From: a phage | Length of the DNA stretch: 64,000 bases | Strand: one strand, 5' to 3' | NCBI GenBank assembly: GCA_012343875.1 | Contig: GCA_012343875.1_3924.1 | Shown here: piece by piece, positions 18,111 to 34,010 of the stretch | How positions within the stretch are numbered: the stretch's first letter is position 1 | Layout: every line of letters starts with the position of its first letter | Program-made: the position numbers and the translations under genes | The notes under the pieces: generated by a model | What the model saw: the letters and a program-made list of their open reading frames with translations, nothing else | What the model was told of the DNA's origin: nothing | Databases searched by the model: none

Positions 18111-19010
18111 ATGTCACAAGCAGATACAAGTTACAAAGATATCCTGAACCATGTTTTATCAGTTGGTGAACTGCGTACTACACGAACTGGAGATGTTATC
18201 TCTGCATTTGCTCCACCTAAGTTTCGCTTTGATATGAGGACTGGTTTCCCACTCTTAACATCTAAACAGGTGTTTACACGGCAAGTTATTGGGGAAGCTT
18301 TATGGTTCCTGAATGGTGAGAATAAGCTGGGTGAACTCCGTTACCGTACTTGGGGTGAAAATGATGGGGAACGCTGGACTATCTGGTCAGATGATTTTAA
18401 ACGCTGGTTAAGCTCTAATTATTCTTCTGAACAAGATTGGTTAGATGATGCAGGTGGGAGAATCTATGGGGTTCAGTGGAGAAACTTTGAAGGTCATAAT
18501 GGTTGTGTTGTAGACCAACTAGAGACCTTAGTAACAAAGATGAAGGGTGATATCACAGACCGTTACATGCTTGTTAATGCTTGGAATGCAGCAGATATTG
18601 CAGCAAACTCAATGGCTTTAGCACCTTGTCATGTTCTGTTTCAGATTTATATCACTAATGAAGGTGAAGTGGATTTGCAATGGTATCAGCGTTCTGTAGA
18701 CACCTTTTTAGGACTTCCATTTAACATTGCGTCTTACGGCTTCATCTTAGAAGTTCTTTGTAAGATGACTGGATACACTCCACGGTACTTGATAGGTGTC
18801 TTTGGGGATACTCAGATTTATCAGAACCATATGAAGCAGGTTTATGAACTGATGAACAATGAAGAGTTCCATGCACCAACTTTTGAGATTGGTCTACCAC
18901 TTAATACTTTAAGTGACCTGAAACATCTTACTGCAAGTGATTTTATTGGTGGTATTAACAACTACCAACATGCAGGGAAGATTGAAGCACCTCTGTCAGT
19001 AGGTAAGTAA
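18111..19010 (+). CDS. thyA: thymidylate synthase
   Basis: LAPCHVLFQIY (active-site Cys), DLQWYQRSVDTFLGLPFNIASY and YQNHM match ThyA signatures. Confidence 0.95.
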   Translation: MSQADTSYKDILNHVLSVGELRTTRTGDVISAFAPPKFRFDMRTGFPLLTSKQVFTRQVIGEALWFLNGENKLGELRYRTWGENDGERWTIWSDDFKRWLSSNYSSEQDWLDDAGGRIYGVQWRNFEGHNGCVVDQLETLVTKMKGDITDRYMLVNAWNAADIAANSMALAPCHVLFQIYITNEGEVDLQWYQRSVDTFLGLPFNIASYGFILEVLCKMTGYTPRYLIGVFGDTQIYQNHMKQVYELMNNEEFHAPTFEIGLPLNTLSDLKHLTASDFIGGINNYQHAGKIEAPLSVGK

Positions 19011-19056
19011 AAACAAAAAAGGCTCCTTTTTACGGGAGCCTTAAAATTTTATTTTT
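19011..19056. terminator. bidirectional intrinsic terminator between convergent operons
   Basis: A-run, stem GGCTCC/GGGAGCC (19021-19040), then T-rich tract; lies between thyA (+) stop and minus-strand ORF end. Confidence 0.7.
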
Positions 19057-19420
19057 CAGTATTCTTTGTGTTCTTTTCAGTAATAGCTTGCAAGGCTGAT
19101 ACTGATTGGGCCAGATTGTTCACACTGTCAGAGAATTTATCAAGAGTTTTGGTAAGTTTCGCATTCTCACCCTTAACATTCTCTAACTGGACTTTCTGGT
19201 TCTCCATACCTAGCTGAATCAGTCTCATGTCAGACTGTAAATCACGAATAGCTGAATAGTTACTTTTGGAATAATTATCTAGCTGCTGTAACTTTGTTGT
19301 GACAGACACTTCTTGCTTACCACTTGAAACTTGCATAGTGGTATACATCCCGATAACACTAAAAATACCAACTACAATTGCACCAATATTATTTTTAAAA
19401 GCTTCCTCTAGCCACTTCAT
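19049..19420 (-). CDS. membrane-anchored coiled-coil protein (possible i-spanin-like)
   Basis: N-terminal hydrophobic helix IGAIVVGIFSVIGMYTTM followed by coiled-coil-like sequence; last gene of late operon. Confidence 0.35.
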   Translation of the reverse strand: MKWLEEAFKNNIGAIVVGIFSVIGMYTTMQVSSGKQEVSVTTKLQQLDNYSKSNYSAIRDLQSDMRLIQLGMENQKVQLENVKGENAKLTKTLDKFSDSVNNLAQSVSALQAITEKNTKNTEK

Positions 19421-19615
19421 TTATTTCTCCCCCTTAAAAGCTTTTTCTAAGTTATCTACGAACTCATCATCAATAGGTGTGTCTGTTTTACTCGCAAGGT
19501 ATCTTGCAAGCTTAAAGAACACTTTCTCAATCATGTATTCACTCAGAAGGGATAAAATGAGTTTCCAGAAGAAGCTACCTAGATTTTTTAGAAGAATTGC
19601 TAGGATTGTAGGCAT
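19421..19615 (-). CDS. small membrane protein (possible holin-like)
   Basis: 64 aa with hydrophobic N-terminus MPTILAILLKNLGSFFWKLILSLL and charged C-terminus. Confidence 0.3.
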   Translation of the reverse strand: MPTILAILLKNLGSFFWKLILSLLSEYMIEKVFFKLARYLASKTDTPIDDEFVDNLEKAFKGEK

Positions 19616-19694
19616 TTAATCACCTCATCAGCCAAGATGGTGAGAATACCCATAAAGAATATTAACACCATCTTAACAATCAGTCAACAAGGGA

Positions 19695-22244
19695 TTAAGC
19701 AGTTCTTACCCAAGCCATTAACTTATAGAACTGGTTAGTAACACTAAATGCTGAACCAGAACCAGTACCACCTGTGTTACCACTAACTGTGTGGCTGTGA
19801 GCACCAATACCAACAGTGTGGCTGTGGTTACCTGTTGTATTCGTTACACCAGACCAGTTTCTTGATGCGTTGAAGTTGACAGGGATACCATTAGTAAAGT
19901 TGTTACCAGTATACCCTTTAGAACCTGCCTGACTACCGAGGTAGAATGCACCACTTGCTGTGTAGAAGCTACTAGCGTCACTTCTGAAGTAACCAAATGA
20001 ACCAGTAATCTCCATAGTACCTCTGTTGTGGTTGTGGTTACCAGTTGTGCTAGAAGTCTTAGTACCATAGTCAAATGATGAAGTAGTAGCAGAGAAGCTG
20101 TGCGTGTGTGAAGGTAAGTTACCAACAGACAACGTTACAGAGTCTGAACCACCAGTTGTAGCAACATCTGAACCGTTTGCTGCTGCAATTCTAATAGTTC
20201 TACCAACACCATTATTCAGGTACGTCCAAGTTAACCCAGGAAGTGCTGTGTTTGGGTTGACATTACTGTTAAACCACGTCACAATACCTACTGGATAGAT
20301 TTTATTCAGGTCTGTAGAGTCACTAATTGCTTCTGCAATCTTCTGGTCAGTTTCTGCTTTAGTGTATGCACCAATATCTGAAGGGGTTGGTTTTTGCAAA
20401 CTTGTGTAGTATTTTGCAATTGTACCCTTCACAATACCTTGTGGAGCATCATCAAATGTCTGTGGGACTTCAAACAACTGTACACTTGCATTACTAGAAG
20501 ACTGAACCCTTGTCGTTGTGCTGTTTTGATACGTACCAGCAAGATAGTAAATATCATAGGTGTCTCCAGAAGTATTCACATAACCAATATCCCTGATAAT
20601 GGTGTTCTCTGATGTTCTCCAAGCAACAACATTTAAGCCCTTTGGATTGTTATTTGAAGTTCGCAGAACAATTTCACATTTACCTGCTTGGTTTGGTGTA
20701 TTAATATTAAAACCTGACCCACCAAATACCTCAATAACAGCAGTGGATGCTGATTGTGGCATCACAACAGTGGCAATTTTAGCCCACTTATCAGTGTTTC
20801 CCACATTGAAGCTAGTGCTTCTGATTCTTAGGTATCTACTATCACTAGCACTTTGCGTAAAGTATCTAGCATCTAAGTTAGAGAAATCTGAAGGTTGAAC
20901 TTGTCCAGCAATAGTCAATGTTTTGTTAATGTATGATGTTGTATTCCCGAGAACCAATTGGGTTCCAGAATAACTGTTATTTAGGGTTACATCATTATTA
21001 TCTGCCCCACCAACACCTACCCACCACCTTGACACATTAGCAGTGTCCACACCACGGATATACAATGGTCTGTTCTGAGTAGAGTTTTTCACAATTAGGG
21101 CTTCATTATCCGTAACAACTTTCTGTACACCATTAAAAGTATTTTGTGCATTAGTTCTTGCAATCGTACTTAATGTTGCTGCCGGAATATATCTAGAGTC
21201 AATATTAGTCCAATCCGAAGGTTGAACTTGACCAGTGATTCTGAAGTTCTGGTTGACTGAGATATAGCCATTATCAAGCCTGATATTTGAACCGTGTACA
21301 TAGTTGTGTAGCAGCACAGAGGCTGTGTTATCCCCGTTCCCTACATACCACCTGTTAGTGTTCTGAGAGTCAACACCCTGAATGAATAGTGAGCTAGCTG
21401 TTGCATTTTTCAACCTTAAAGCAGCACTGTCACTAATGATGGTTAGATTTCTACTAAACGTGTTAGTGCCCGTGAAATTATTATTAGCAGCTAACTGTGC
21501 AAATCTCTGATTAGCAACTGTCTGAGTGAAGTATCTAGCATCTAAGTTAGAGAAATCTGAAGGTTGAACTTGACCAGTGATTGCTAAAGACTTATTAACA
21601 GAGACATTACTTGCAACAGTCAAGGCTGAGTTGTATTTGTTATTGTACAGCTTTACTTCATCAGAGCCATTACTACCAATACCAACCCACCATCTAGCCG
21701 AACCATCTAGGTTTACACCTTCGATGTATTGTGCATTATTTGCATTTTGGTTTCTAAGGCGAAGTAAGTTAGCATCACCTTGAATATTTTGAGTTCCAGA
21801 GAATGTGTTTGTGATAGCAAGTCTTGCATATCTTGCGTCATTCTCTTCATTAGTTCTCATACCAAGCTCATTAGGACTTGGCTTATTCAGAGTATGATAA
21901 ACAGTTGCTGACCTTGAAGCATCTGCAATAGTTAGTTTAAGACCATTTGCATTAAGTTTAAAAGTCTTTAAAACATCCCCAATAGTAATTTCAGAAGAAC
22001 CTGTAGGGTCAAATACTGCCTTACCACCATAAAGTAACTTGACAATACCTAAATCCCCAGTCATATTACTTCCAGCAATCTGAACAAACCTTTCTAGTTT
22101 GAAGGAAGCTAAGAAGTCTTGATAGGTCATTCTGCGGTCTTCATCACCCAACATTTCAGGTCTTTTCTTAACTCTGATGTGCAATAGGTCTTCTGAACGA
22201 ATTGTGTCGATTGAGTTTAATTGACTCAATTTGTAATCTGCCAT
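19695..22244 (-). CDS. long tail fiber protein with His-rich receptor-binding tip
   Basis: 849 aa; three internal about 110-aa repeats ending GQVQPSDFSNLDARY; C-terminal HTHSF, GNHNHN, GNHSHTVGIGAHSHTV motifs and shared tail ...AFSV...VRTA. Confidence 0.75.
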   Translation of the reverse strand: MADYKLSQLNSIDTIRSEDLLHIRVKKRPEMLGDEDRRMTYQDFLASFKLERFVQIAGSNMTGDLGIVKLLYGGKAVFDPTGSSEITIGDVLKTFKLNANGLKLTIADASRSATVYHTLNKPSPNELGMRTNEENDARYARLAITNTFSGTQNIQGDANLLRLRNQNANNAQYIEGVNLDGSARWWVGIGSNGSDEVKLYNNKYNSALTVASNVSVNKSLAITGQVQPSDFSNLDARYFTQTVANQRFAQLAANNNFTGTNTFSRNLTIISDSAALRLKNATASSLFIQGVDSQNTNRWYVGNGDNTASVLLHNYVHGSNIRLDNGYISVNQNFRITGQVQPSDWTNIDSRYIPAATLSTIARTNAQNTFNGVQKVVTDNEALIVKNSTQNRPLYIRGVDTANVSRWWVGVGGADNNDVTLNNSYSGTQLVLGNTTSYINKTLTIAGQVQPSDFSNLDARYFTQSASDSRYLRIRSTSFNVGNTDKWAKIATVVMPQSASTAVIEVFGGSGFNINTPNQAGKCEIVLRTSNNNPKGLNVVAWRTSENTIIRDIGYVNTSGDTYDIYYLAGTYQNSTTTRVQSSSNASVQLFEVPQTFDDAPQGIVKGTIAKYYTSLQKPTPSDIGAYTKAETDQKIAEAISDSTDLNKIYPVGIVTWFNSNVNPNTALPGLTWTYLNNGVGRTIRIAAANGSDVATTGGSDSVTLSVGNLPSHTHSFSATTSSFDYGTKTSSTTGNHNHNRGTMEITGSFGYFRSDASSFYTASGAFYLGSQAGSKGYTGNNFTNGIPVNFNASRNWSGVTNTTGNHSHTVGIGAHSHTVSGNTGGTGSGSAFSVTNQFYKLMAWVRTA
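20850..21900 (-). repeat. intragenic tandem repeat (3 x about 335 bp) in long tail fiber gene
   Basis: Near-identical DNA at about 20862-20910, 21195-21245 and 21530-21580 (GAAATCTGAAGGTTGAACTTGACCAG...). Confidence 0.7.
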
Positions 22245-22290
22245 TATGAATTTTCCTCTTAAAAGGGGCTATAAAGCCCCTGTAAAGAAA

Positions 22291-23466
22291 TTAAGCTGTT
22301 CTCTGCCACACATACACTACAAAAGATGGCTGCTCAACACTGAAAGCTTGACCACCACCAACAGAACCAGATGTCCCTGAGTGTGTATGCTCAGAGCTAG
22401 AAACAGTAACAGTGCCTGTATGACTGTGCGAACCAATATTAACAGTGTGGCTGTGAGCACCAATTGCGACAGTATGGCTATGAGCACCAGATGATGCAGT
22501 TGTACCTGAGAAGCTATGGGTGTGAGCACCAGCTAAATCAGTATACATAGCATTACCAACACCAGCATCAGCAGATGCAGTAATAGCGTTTGTGCCACCC
22601 CTATCATTACCCCTCATAGGAACTCTATGGTTGTGGTTACCAGCATTACTTGTTGTGCCACTAAACGTGTGAGTGTGAGCACCAGCACTATTAGTCGTTT
22701 TTGTACCGTAATCAAAAGTTGATGTACTTTTTGAACCATAATCAAAACTAGAGATAGATACACTTGCAGAGTGTGTATGACCACCACCTGTTAGATAGAT
22801 AGAGTGAGTATGTGCTGGTAAATTATTATTTGTTAATGCTACAGTCTGAGAACCAAACGTTGAACCAACAGGTCTGGAATCTGTATCATAACCAACTAGT
22901 GCTCTACCTTTAGAAACTAACTCCCAAGTACCTCCACAAAGCAAGTAAGTGGATGGGTTAGCAGAGTTAACAGATAGATGAATAGTACCCACTGGATATG
23001 ATGCTTGGATAGCTTTGTATAGATTATTCACTGCTCTCGCTGTAGCATACTTATCAGCATCTTCATTGTACAGATTGGATGTTGTCCAGTTCTGAACATT
23101 ACTTAAACCGACCTGTGCTTTCGTTGTGTTATGTGGGTTACTTTTGTCGTCAATATGTTGCTGAATTAAGTTATTCACTTCCTCTGACGACATAATTTGT
23201 AGATTTGCTCTTGCCTCAGCAACATTTACAATGTCTGACAAGTTATTAGCTGCAACTAATTGAAGAGAGTTAATAACATTATCAAGACCTACTTGCGATT
23301 TCGTTACACCATGAGGGTTATTCCTCAAAGATGCGTGAGGTGCTAACAACTGTTCAAGCGTACATCTTTTATCCTCAACACCTTGCTTAAGATGGAAGAT
23401 ATCACTCAAATCAATTGGTAAGGCCGCTTGTGGCAAGGCACTAATTTGAATTTCACCTACTGCCAT
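22291..23466 (-). CDS. tail fiber protein (short), paralogous tip domain
   Basis: 391 aa; C-terminal AHTHS, GGHTHS, AHTHTF, NHNHR, GAHSHTVAIGAHSHTVNIGSHSHT and ...QAFSVEQPSFVVYVWQRTA, matching the tip of the 849-aa fiber. Confidence 0.7.
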   Translation of the reverse strand: MAVGEIQISALPQAALPIDLSDIFHLKQGVEDKRCTLEQLLAPHASLRNNPHGVTKSQVGLDNVINSLQLVAANNLSDIVNVAEARANLQIMSSEEVNNLIQQHIDDKSNPHNTTKAQVGLSNVQNWTTSNLYNEDADKYATARAVNNLYKAIQASYPVGTIHLSVNSANPSTYLLCGGTWELVSKGRALVGYDTDSRPVGSTFGSQTVALTNNNLPAHTHSIYLTGGGHTHSASVSISSFDYGSKSTSTFDYGTKTTNSAGAHTHTFSGTTSNAGNHNHRVPMRGNDRGGTNAITASADAGVGNAMYTDLAGAHTHSFSGTTASSGAHSHTVAIGAHSHTVNIGSHSHTGTVTVSSSEHTHSGTSGSVGGGQAFSVEQPSFVVYVWQRTA

Positions 23467-23468
23467 TA

Positions 23469-23771
23469 TTAAGCTCCTACATATTCATATGTGTAAAGGT
23501 TTCTTGTACTTGTTGATGCAGTCCCTGTCTCAGACTTAATGAGACTCCAACCATTAGCCACTAAATCTGGTTGCTCAGTTGCATATGAACGAACTTCACC
23601 AACAGTGCCATTTACTTTATTCAGCAGGTAGTTGATAATATAGTTGAACCACTGTCTACCCATAGGTTCACCCTTTAAAAGACCTGTCTCTTGAACTTCC
23701 GGTGGTGGTAAAACTTTTAACTGATTACCATCAGTATCTACTTCGTTTGTAGACCAATTTAGAACTGCCAT
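23469..23771 (-). CDS. hypothetical tail-associated protein (100 aa)
   Basis: ORF track; between baseplate genes and tail fibers. Confidence 0.35.
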   Translation of the reverse strand: MAVLNWSTNEVDTDGNQLKVLPPPEVQETGLLKGEPMGRQWFNYIINYLLNKVNGTVGEVRSYATEQPDLVANGWSLIKSETGTASTSTRNLYTYEYVGA

Positions 23772-24625
23772 TAAGAATTTCCTTCTTGTTGTGATTTATC
23801 TTTTCTGCCTTTGACAATTTGCGCAACCTCAGCCATGATTCCGTATGCACCACCTGCAATAGCTTCTTTACCAACGATGAAATAACCACTATTATTAGAC
23901 CTATCTACAGTCATATAGTCATCGCTCTGCGAGTTTACTGTTCTGTCAACCTTAAAGTAACCATCAATAACACCAGCATCTGCAAGGCTACCTACTAAGT
24001 TGGACTCCAGAGAGCCACCAGTATTATTTGTGACAAGACCTCTGTTAGCATCAGTTACAAACCAGTTCTCTTTATCATCAACAATAGCAAGTGATGAATC
24101 AGCAACCTCTACAGGTGTCCAAGCAGTCCCATTTAAAGTAACATCTCTTAAGATAACAGCGGAGCCAGTAGTTGTTGCAGACATCTTTGACAGTGTATAT
24201 GCAGCATCTAGAACGCTTTTTCTAGTGTTGATACGGATAACGATACCACCAGTCTTAGGAGTAATATGCTCAAAAATCTGAGAGAAAGTTGCACCATATA
24301 GTGTCATAATTGCTTTTTGCAAGAATGTTGGGGTGGTGTCAGAGCGTCTTAGGAAGATTTGGATATAAAGCATAGCTCTATATGTTTCATCATCTGCACC
24401 TAAAGGTCTAGGAACTTTAATCAGTGAGCCAATATTATCAAGTTGTTGGCCTACTGACGTCCTGATATTTCTCTCTGTGTGCATCTGCCAGCAAACATCC
24501 TCTAATGTTTGTAGCTCATCAGTGATTGCTTTCAAGATACTTGTATAGATAAATTTATCTTTAAACTGTGTTACAGTCCTTTCATCAAGTGTTTTATAAT
24601 AAACACTATCAATCTTTTCAAACAT
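23771..24625 (-). CDS. putative baseplate protein (P2 gpI-like position)
   Basis: Position and size in a baseplate gene block; no motif confirmed. Confidence 0.35.
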   Translation of the reverse strand: MFEKIDSVYYKTLDERTVTQFKDKFIYTSILKAITDELQTLEDVCWQMHTERNIRTSVGQQLDNIGSLIKVPRPLGADDETYRAMLYIQIFLRRSDTTPTFLQKAIMTLYGATFSQIFEHITPKTGGIVIRINTRKSVLDAAYTLSKMSATTTGSAVILRDVTLNGTAWTPVEVADSSLAIVDDKENWFVTDANRGLVTNNTGGSLESNLVGSLADAGVIDGYFKVDRTVNSQSDDYMTVDRSNNSGYFIVGKEAIAGGAYGIMAEVAQIVKGRKDKSQQEGNS

Positions 24626-24627
24626 TA

Positions 24628-26096
24628 TTACTCCTTAGTGATGGTATACTGGCTACTTTCCCAAACAGTATATTGGTCACCGTCAACAGTAATTCTTGCT
24701 GTAGTATATTGTCCGTCACTAGGTGGAACTGATTGGCTGTTTGATAATGCTACTTTCACCTCATTAATCTCAATACCTTTAATTACATCATAGATATATC
24801 CGTAGATTCTGTTAGGGATAACGTCATTACCAACCTTAAGAGTTCTTCCGTAGGCATTAATACCTTGTACAATACTGTCTCTGATATCCTCTTCAGGGAT
24901 TGTCAAGCTTTCTTCGTCATATAATGAGTAAGATACTTTAACAAATGCGTATTTTGGTGTTGGTCTGCTAAAGTAAATATTATGTGCTAAACCACCTAAA
25001 TCATGGGCTGTACCAAAAATTGAGCCGTAAGCTCTAATACCAGCAGGTTTTGTATCCCAGATTGCTTGAGCAACATTATCATTTTGACCACCGACTACGA
25101 CAATCTTAAAAGATTTTGGTGGAAGACCTTCTGAGTTCGTCTCTTCAGTATCATTTTCAACACCTGAAGCATCTGAGACCCCTTGAACTCTTTTAACAGC
25201 AGCCACAATTGCATCCAAAGTCCCTACACCAGTAACTGCTAAGGATTCTAAATATCTCTGCCTAAGTTCTGTGTCAGTTTCTTCGTTTCTACCAGTTGTT
25301 AAGTCATACCTGTTATAGATGCTGTCAAGGCCATCAACAGTGGTTTCAATCTCAATAAGAGTCCCAGCTAAAGCAGGAATAGCACCAACCTCTTCAGCTA
25401 CTACATCTGAGATAGTTGTAATCTTTGTAAATGTCAGAAACGTTGTCGCAGTAACAACCATAGGGTTTGTTCTTGCAATAATATCACCCTCATCTTTATA
25501 GACTCTTAATGAGGCTCCATCATTGATAACTTCTGCTTTTGCTACAATACCACCATTAATAGCCTCTGCTAATTTAGTTAGTAGTGTGGTAATTGTGTCT
25601 GATGAGGTTGGTTTATATGAGAAAATAACGTTATCAATAATAATAACATAATCTGCATCAGTTCGTAAAGAGTTAACTTCAAGAACAGCTTCAACACAAT
25701 ATGATGGGGTAAGGGTAATATTGTTAACTGGATAAAAGATATTTCCAGCAGTACTTCTCAATCTTGTTGTTGAAGAGATGGTAGCACCAGTTGTTCCAGT
25801 GAACTCAACCTGACCCCTTGTTGCCTGAGCAACATATCTGTATACAGCATTCAAAGCTGTGATATCATCAAGGTTAAATCCTTCAGCCTTGTCAATTGTC
25901 CCGCCGTCATAGATTTCTGATAGAATCTCATGTGTATCTGCTAAAGACCTTGCAATTGAAGCTAGGAAGAGACCTAATTGACTATCTTCAGAAACGTCAA
26001 GGTTTGGTGAAATATCTCTAAGAAGTCTTGATTTGATATTATCAAAAATTTCCTGATATCTTAGAGTTTGTAATCCTGTTGTAGTTAATCCTGCCA

Positions 26097-26097
<1 letters not shown>
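24628..26097 (-). CDS. putative baseplate J-like protein
   Basis: 489 aa, immediately upstream of a gp25/W-sized gene, as in Mu/P2 baseplate operons. Confidence 0.4.
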
Positions 26098-31481
<5,384 letters not shown>

Positions 31482-31482
<1 letters not shown>

Positions 31483-31721
31483 TACATTTTTCCTGCTCTT
31501 CTAAGTTCGTTGTAAGCAATTTCCTCTTTATACGACCTCTGAATCTCAAGAAATTGTCTCAATGATAATAAATCAGAGAATGTCATAGCAAAGAGTTGGT
31601 CAAGTGTTTCTTTACACCCTTCCATACCATAAATAGCAAGCACAAATTTCATCTCGTCTGCTTCTTCATAGGTTGCCTCTACAGCAGCATCAGTTAGTGG
31701 TGTCTGTAGAGTGTTACCCAT
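31482..31721 (-). CDS. putative tail assembly chaperone, downstream segment
   Basis: 79 aa ORF starting 2 nt after the preceding ORF in a different frame, just upstream of tape measure. Confidence 0.35.
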
Positions 31722-31723
31722 GT

Positions 31724-32122
31724 TTACTGAGAAGTTAGGCTTTTGAAAATGCTTGCTTCGAAAAAACTTCCGAAGTTTGCCTCCAGCGCAAATGCTAAGT
31801 AATCAATAAACTCGCCGTAGTTTGCTTGGAAGTATGTATCAATATTGAGTGGGAAGTCATCAACAGTTGCCCCTTGAAATAGTAATGTAGCCATTTCTTC
31901 AAGGTTAATTTCTTCAATTCTGTCAAAACAAGCTTCAACAAGTTCTTTAAATGGAACCATTGGAGCTTCTTTCTTGTCTTTATCAGTCAGACTTGACAGC
32001 ATCTGTGCAAAGGTTGGAACAACAATTTTACCCAACTTCATAGACATCTTAATACCATCTCTTGCCCCAAGCAGAACAATATTTACTTTCTTACCATTAA
32101 TTACTCTAGATTCTGTTTTCAT
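31724..32122 (-). CDS. putative tail assembly chaperone
   Basis: 132 aa acidic protein between tube and tape-measure genes. Confidence 0.4.
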   Translation of the reverse strand: MKTESRVINGKKVNIVLLGARDGIKMSMKLGKIVVPTFAQMLSSLTDKDKKEAPMVPFKELVEACFDRIEEINLEEMATLLFQGATVDDFPLNIDTYFQANYGEFIDYLAFALEANFGSFFEASIFKSLTSQ

Positions 32123-32195
32123 TGTGATTCCTTAATACTTTTAAAAGAAACAAAAAAGGGGAAGACCTTTTAAAGTCTCCCCCTTATAGGATTTA

Positions 32196-32642
32196 TTAAA
32201 CACTTGACGCTGGAATTGTAGAAGTGTAGTCTAGCTTCTCACAACCAAAAATCCAAGTTTTAGAGTTCTGGTCACGACCAAGTTCAATCTGCGGTAATTC
32301 CTGCAACCAAGCATTAATACCAGTTGCCAGAACAGAGCCTGATGGGTCGTAGATTACGAAGTTAGAAGAGATATCTTCTTCAAGTTCCATATTGTCTTGT
32401 TTAGCTTGAATTGCAGAAAGCATCTGGTTAGAGAGAGAAGTCTGCATTAGCTCAATCTCAATAGTACCTGTCTTGTCTGCATTTCTTGTCAGAGCAACTT
32501 GACCACCCGCACCTACAACTGGTGTCACAAGTGGTGATGTTCTCTGTAGACGTAAGAATGAGTCTGGGGCAAAGCCTTCAATGGCAATACCATTCCAGCT
32601 ACACACAACGTCTTTAGGGGAATATTGCTGATACATAGCCAT
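32196..32642 (-). CDS. putative tail tube protein
   Basis: 148 aa, directly downstream of sheath-sized gene. Confidence 0.45.
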   Translation of the reverse strand: MAMYQQYSPKDVVCSWNGIAIEGFAPDSFLRLQRTSPLVTPVVGAGGQVALTRNADKTGTIEIELMQTSLSNQMLSAIQAKQDNMELEEDISSNFVIYDPSGSVLATGINAWLQELPQIELGRDQNSKTWIFGCEKLDYTSTIPASSV

Positions 32643-32657
32643 TCCAATTTACCTCTA

Positions 32658-34010
32658 TTATTCGTAAGCCACTGTACCTTTCAAGTCAACATCCAAGATA
32701 GCTCCTGCTAAGATACCTGAGAAGGTAACGTCTTTCAGGATACGTGCTTTCTTGTCTGCTAAAGCAACTTGAGAGGCTTTAGGAACATTAACTGTGTAAG
32801 ATGACAGGAAGTTTCTGTTGACTGCTCTTTGCAGAGAGGTTTCAATGACTTGACGAATACGGGTAATACCAGTATCATCATAAGTAATCTTACCACCCTT
32901 CTGGTTAATTAGCAAGTCTCTCAGAGAAGTTTTCAGGTCTGATTCTAACCAGTCAACACCACGGATGATATCAATCCATTCCCCACCAGAAGTAATCCCT
33001 CTACGAACCACTGGAACACCACCATCAAGGTCAATAAAGTTACAGTGACGTGCATCTAAAGCTGACTTCTGAATACTTGTCAGAGGTCTCTGATTAGATG
33101 GCTGTAGAGAAGCAGCTACGCCAGTTAGCTGTGCGTTACCCCAAGCAATTGAACCTGCATCATACGGAGCACCATAAGCAATATAAGCCATTTCTGGATA
33201 GTCTTCTGCTGCTGTGTGATGCCACAAGCAAACTGTACGAGTGTACTTATTCTTAGCAAGTTGTGCTGGAACGTCATTTGCACTGGCTAATTCTGTACCT
33301 TGCAGTGCTGCTACATCAGAGTTAGCTGTAAAGAAAATCTTCTTACGAGCTTGAATCTCAGAAGCCATTGCTAAGACAAACTGTTGAGTTCTGTCTTCTG
33401 CTGCAATGAAATACCAGTCAGTTGAATAAGCTTCAATAGCTGCCAGAGCAGTCGATGCTGTGTCAGCAGTTGTGCTTGCAATTGACACTGTTTGTGCTGT
33501 AGTAGTAACCTTCACGAAGTCATTGTCGCCAGCTTTGGTGATTACCATTGTTGCTGAACCGCCAGCACCAGTTACATTGACAGTAACAAGGTCTTTTACA
33601 GAAGGTTCTGCTTCAATCTGTGTTTTAAGCTGCTGTAGCACCTTCTCAGCAGTATCTTCTGACTGTGAAGTGTACTGGAATGGCTGAGAAACTCCACCGC
33701 TCACAGCTACAGTTAAAGAATAGTCGGTGCTCTCAGTAACCTCATCAGGAATTGATACAGTGTACTGCATAGCACGTCTACCAATATAAAGCTGAGTTAC
33801 TTTAGGAGTCTGACTCCAAAGTTGTTTAGCAGCCTTATATGCAGCAGAGTTTTCATCGAAATCTTCAGCAACTTCAGTTAAGGAAGTGTAACCACGGACT
33901 CTTTCTTCAAAGTTATCTGTTGAAGCTAAAAATAGTGGCAGCCCAAAACCTTCTCTTGTAGTTCCTGCGGTGTTCAATGTAATATCTACATTAACAATTG
34001 GATTCCACAT
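32658..34010 (-). CDS. putative contractile tail sheath protein
   Basis: 450 aa, followed by tube-sized gene, chaperones and tape measure (myovirus order). Confidence 0.5.
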   Translation of the reverse strand: MWNPIVNVDITLNTAGTTREGFGLPLFLASTDNFEERVRGYTSLTEVAEDFDENSAAYKAAKQLWSQTPKVTQLYIGRRAMQYTVSIPDEVTESTDYSLTVAVSGGVSQPFQYTSQSEDTAEKVLQQLKTQIEAEPSVKDLVTVNVTGAGGSATMVITKAGDNDFVKVTTTAQTVSIASTTADTASTALAAIEAYSTDWYFIAAEDRTQQFVLAMASEIQARKKIFFTANSDVAALQGTELASANDVPAQLAKNKYTRTVCLWHHTAAEDYPEMAYIAYGAPYDAGSIAWGNAQLTGVAASLQPSNQRPLTSIQKSALDARHCNFIDLDGGVPVVRRGITSGGEWIDIIRGVDWLESDLKTSLRDLLINQKGGKITYDDTGITRIRQVIETSLQRAVNRNFLSSYTVNVPKASQVALADKKARILKDVTFSGILAGAILDVDLKGTVAYE

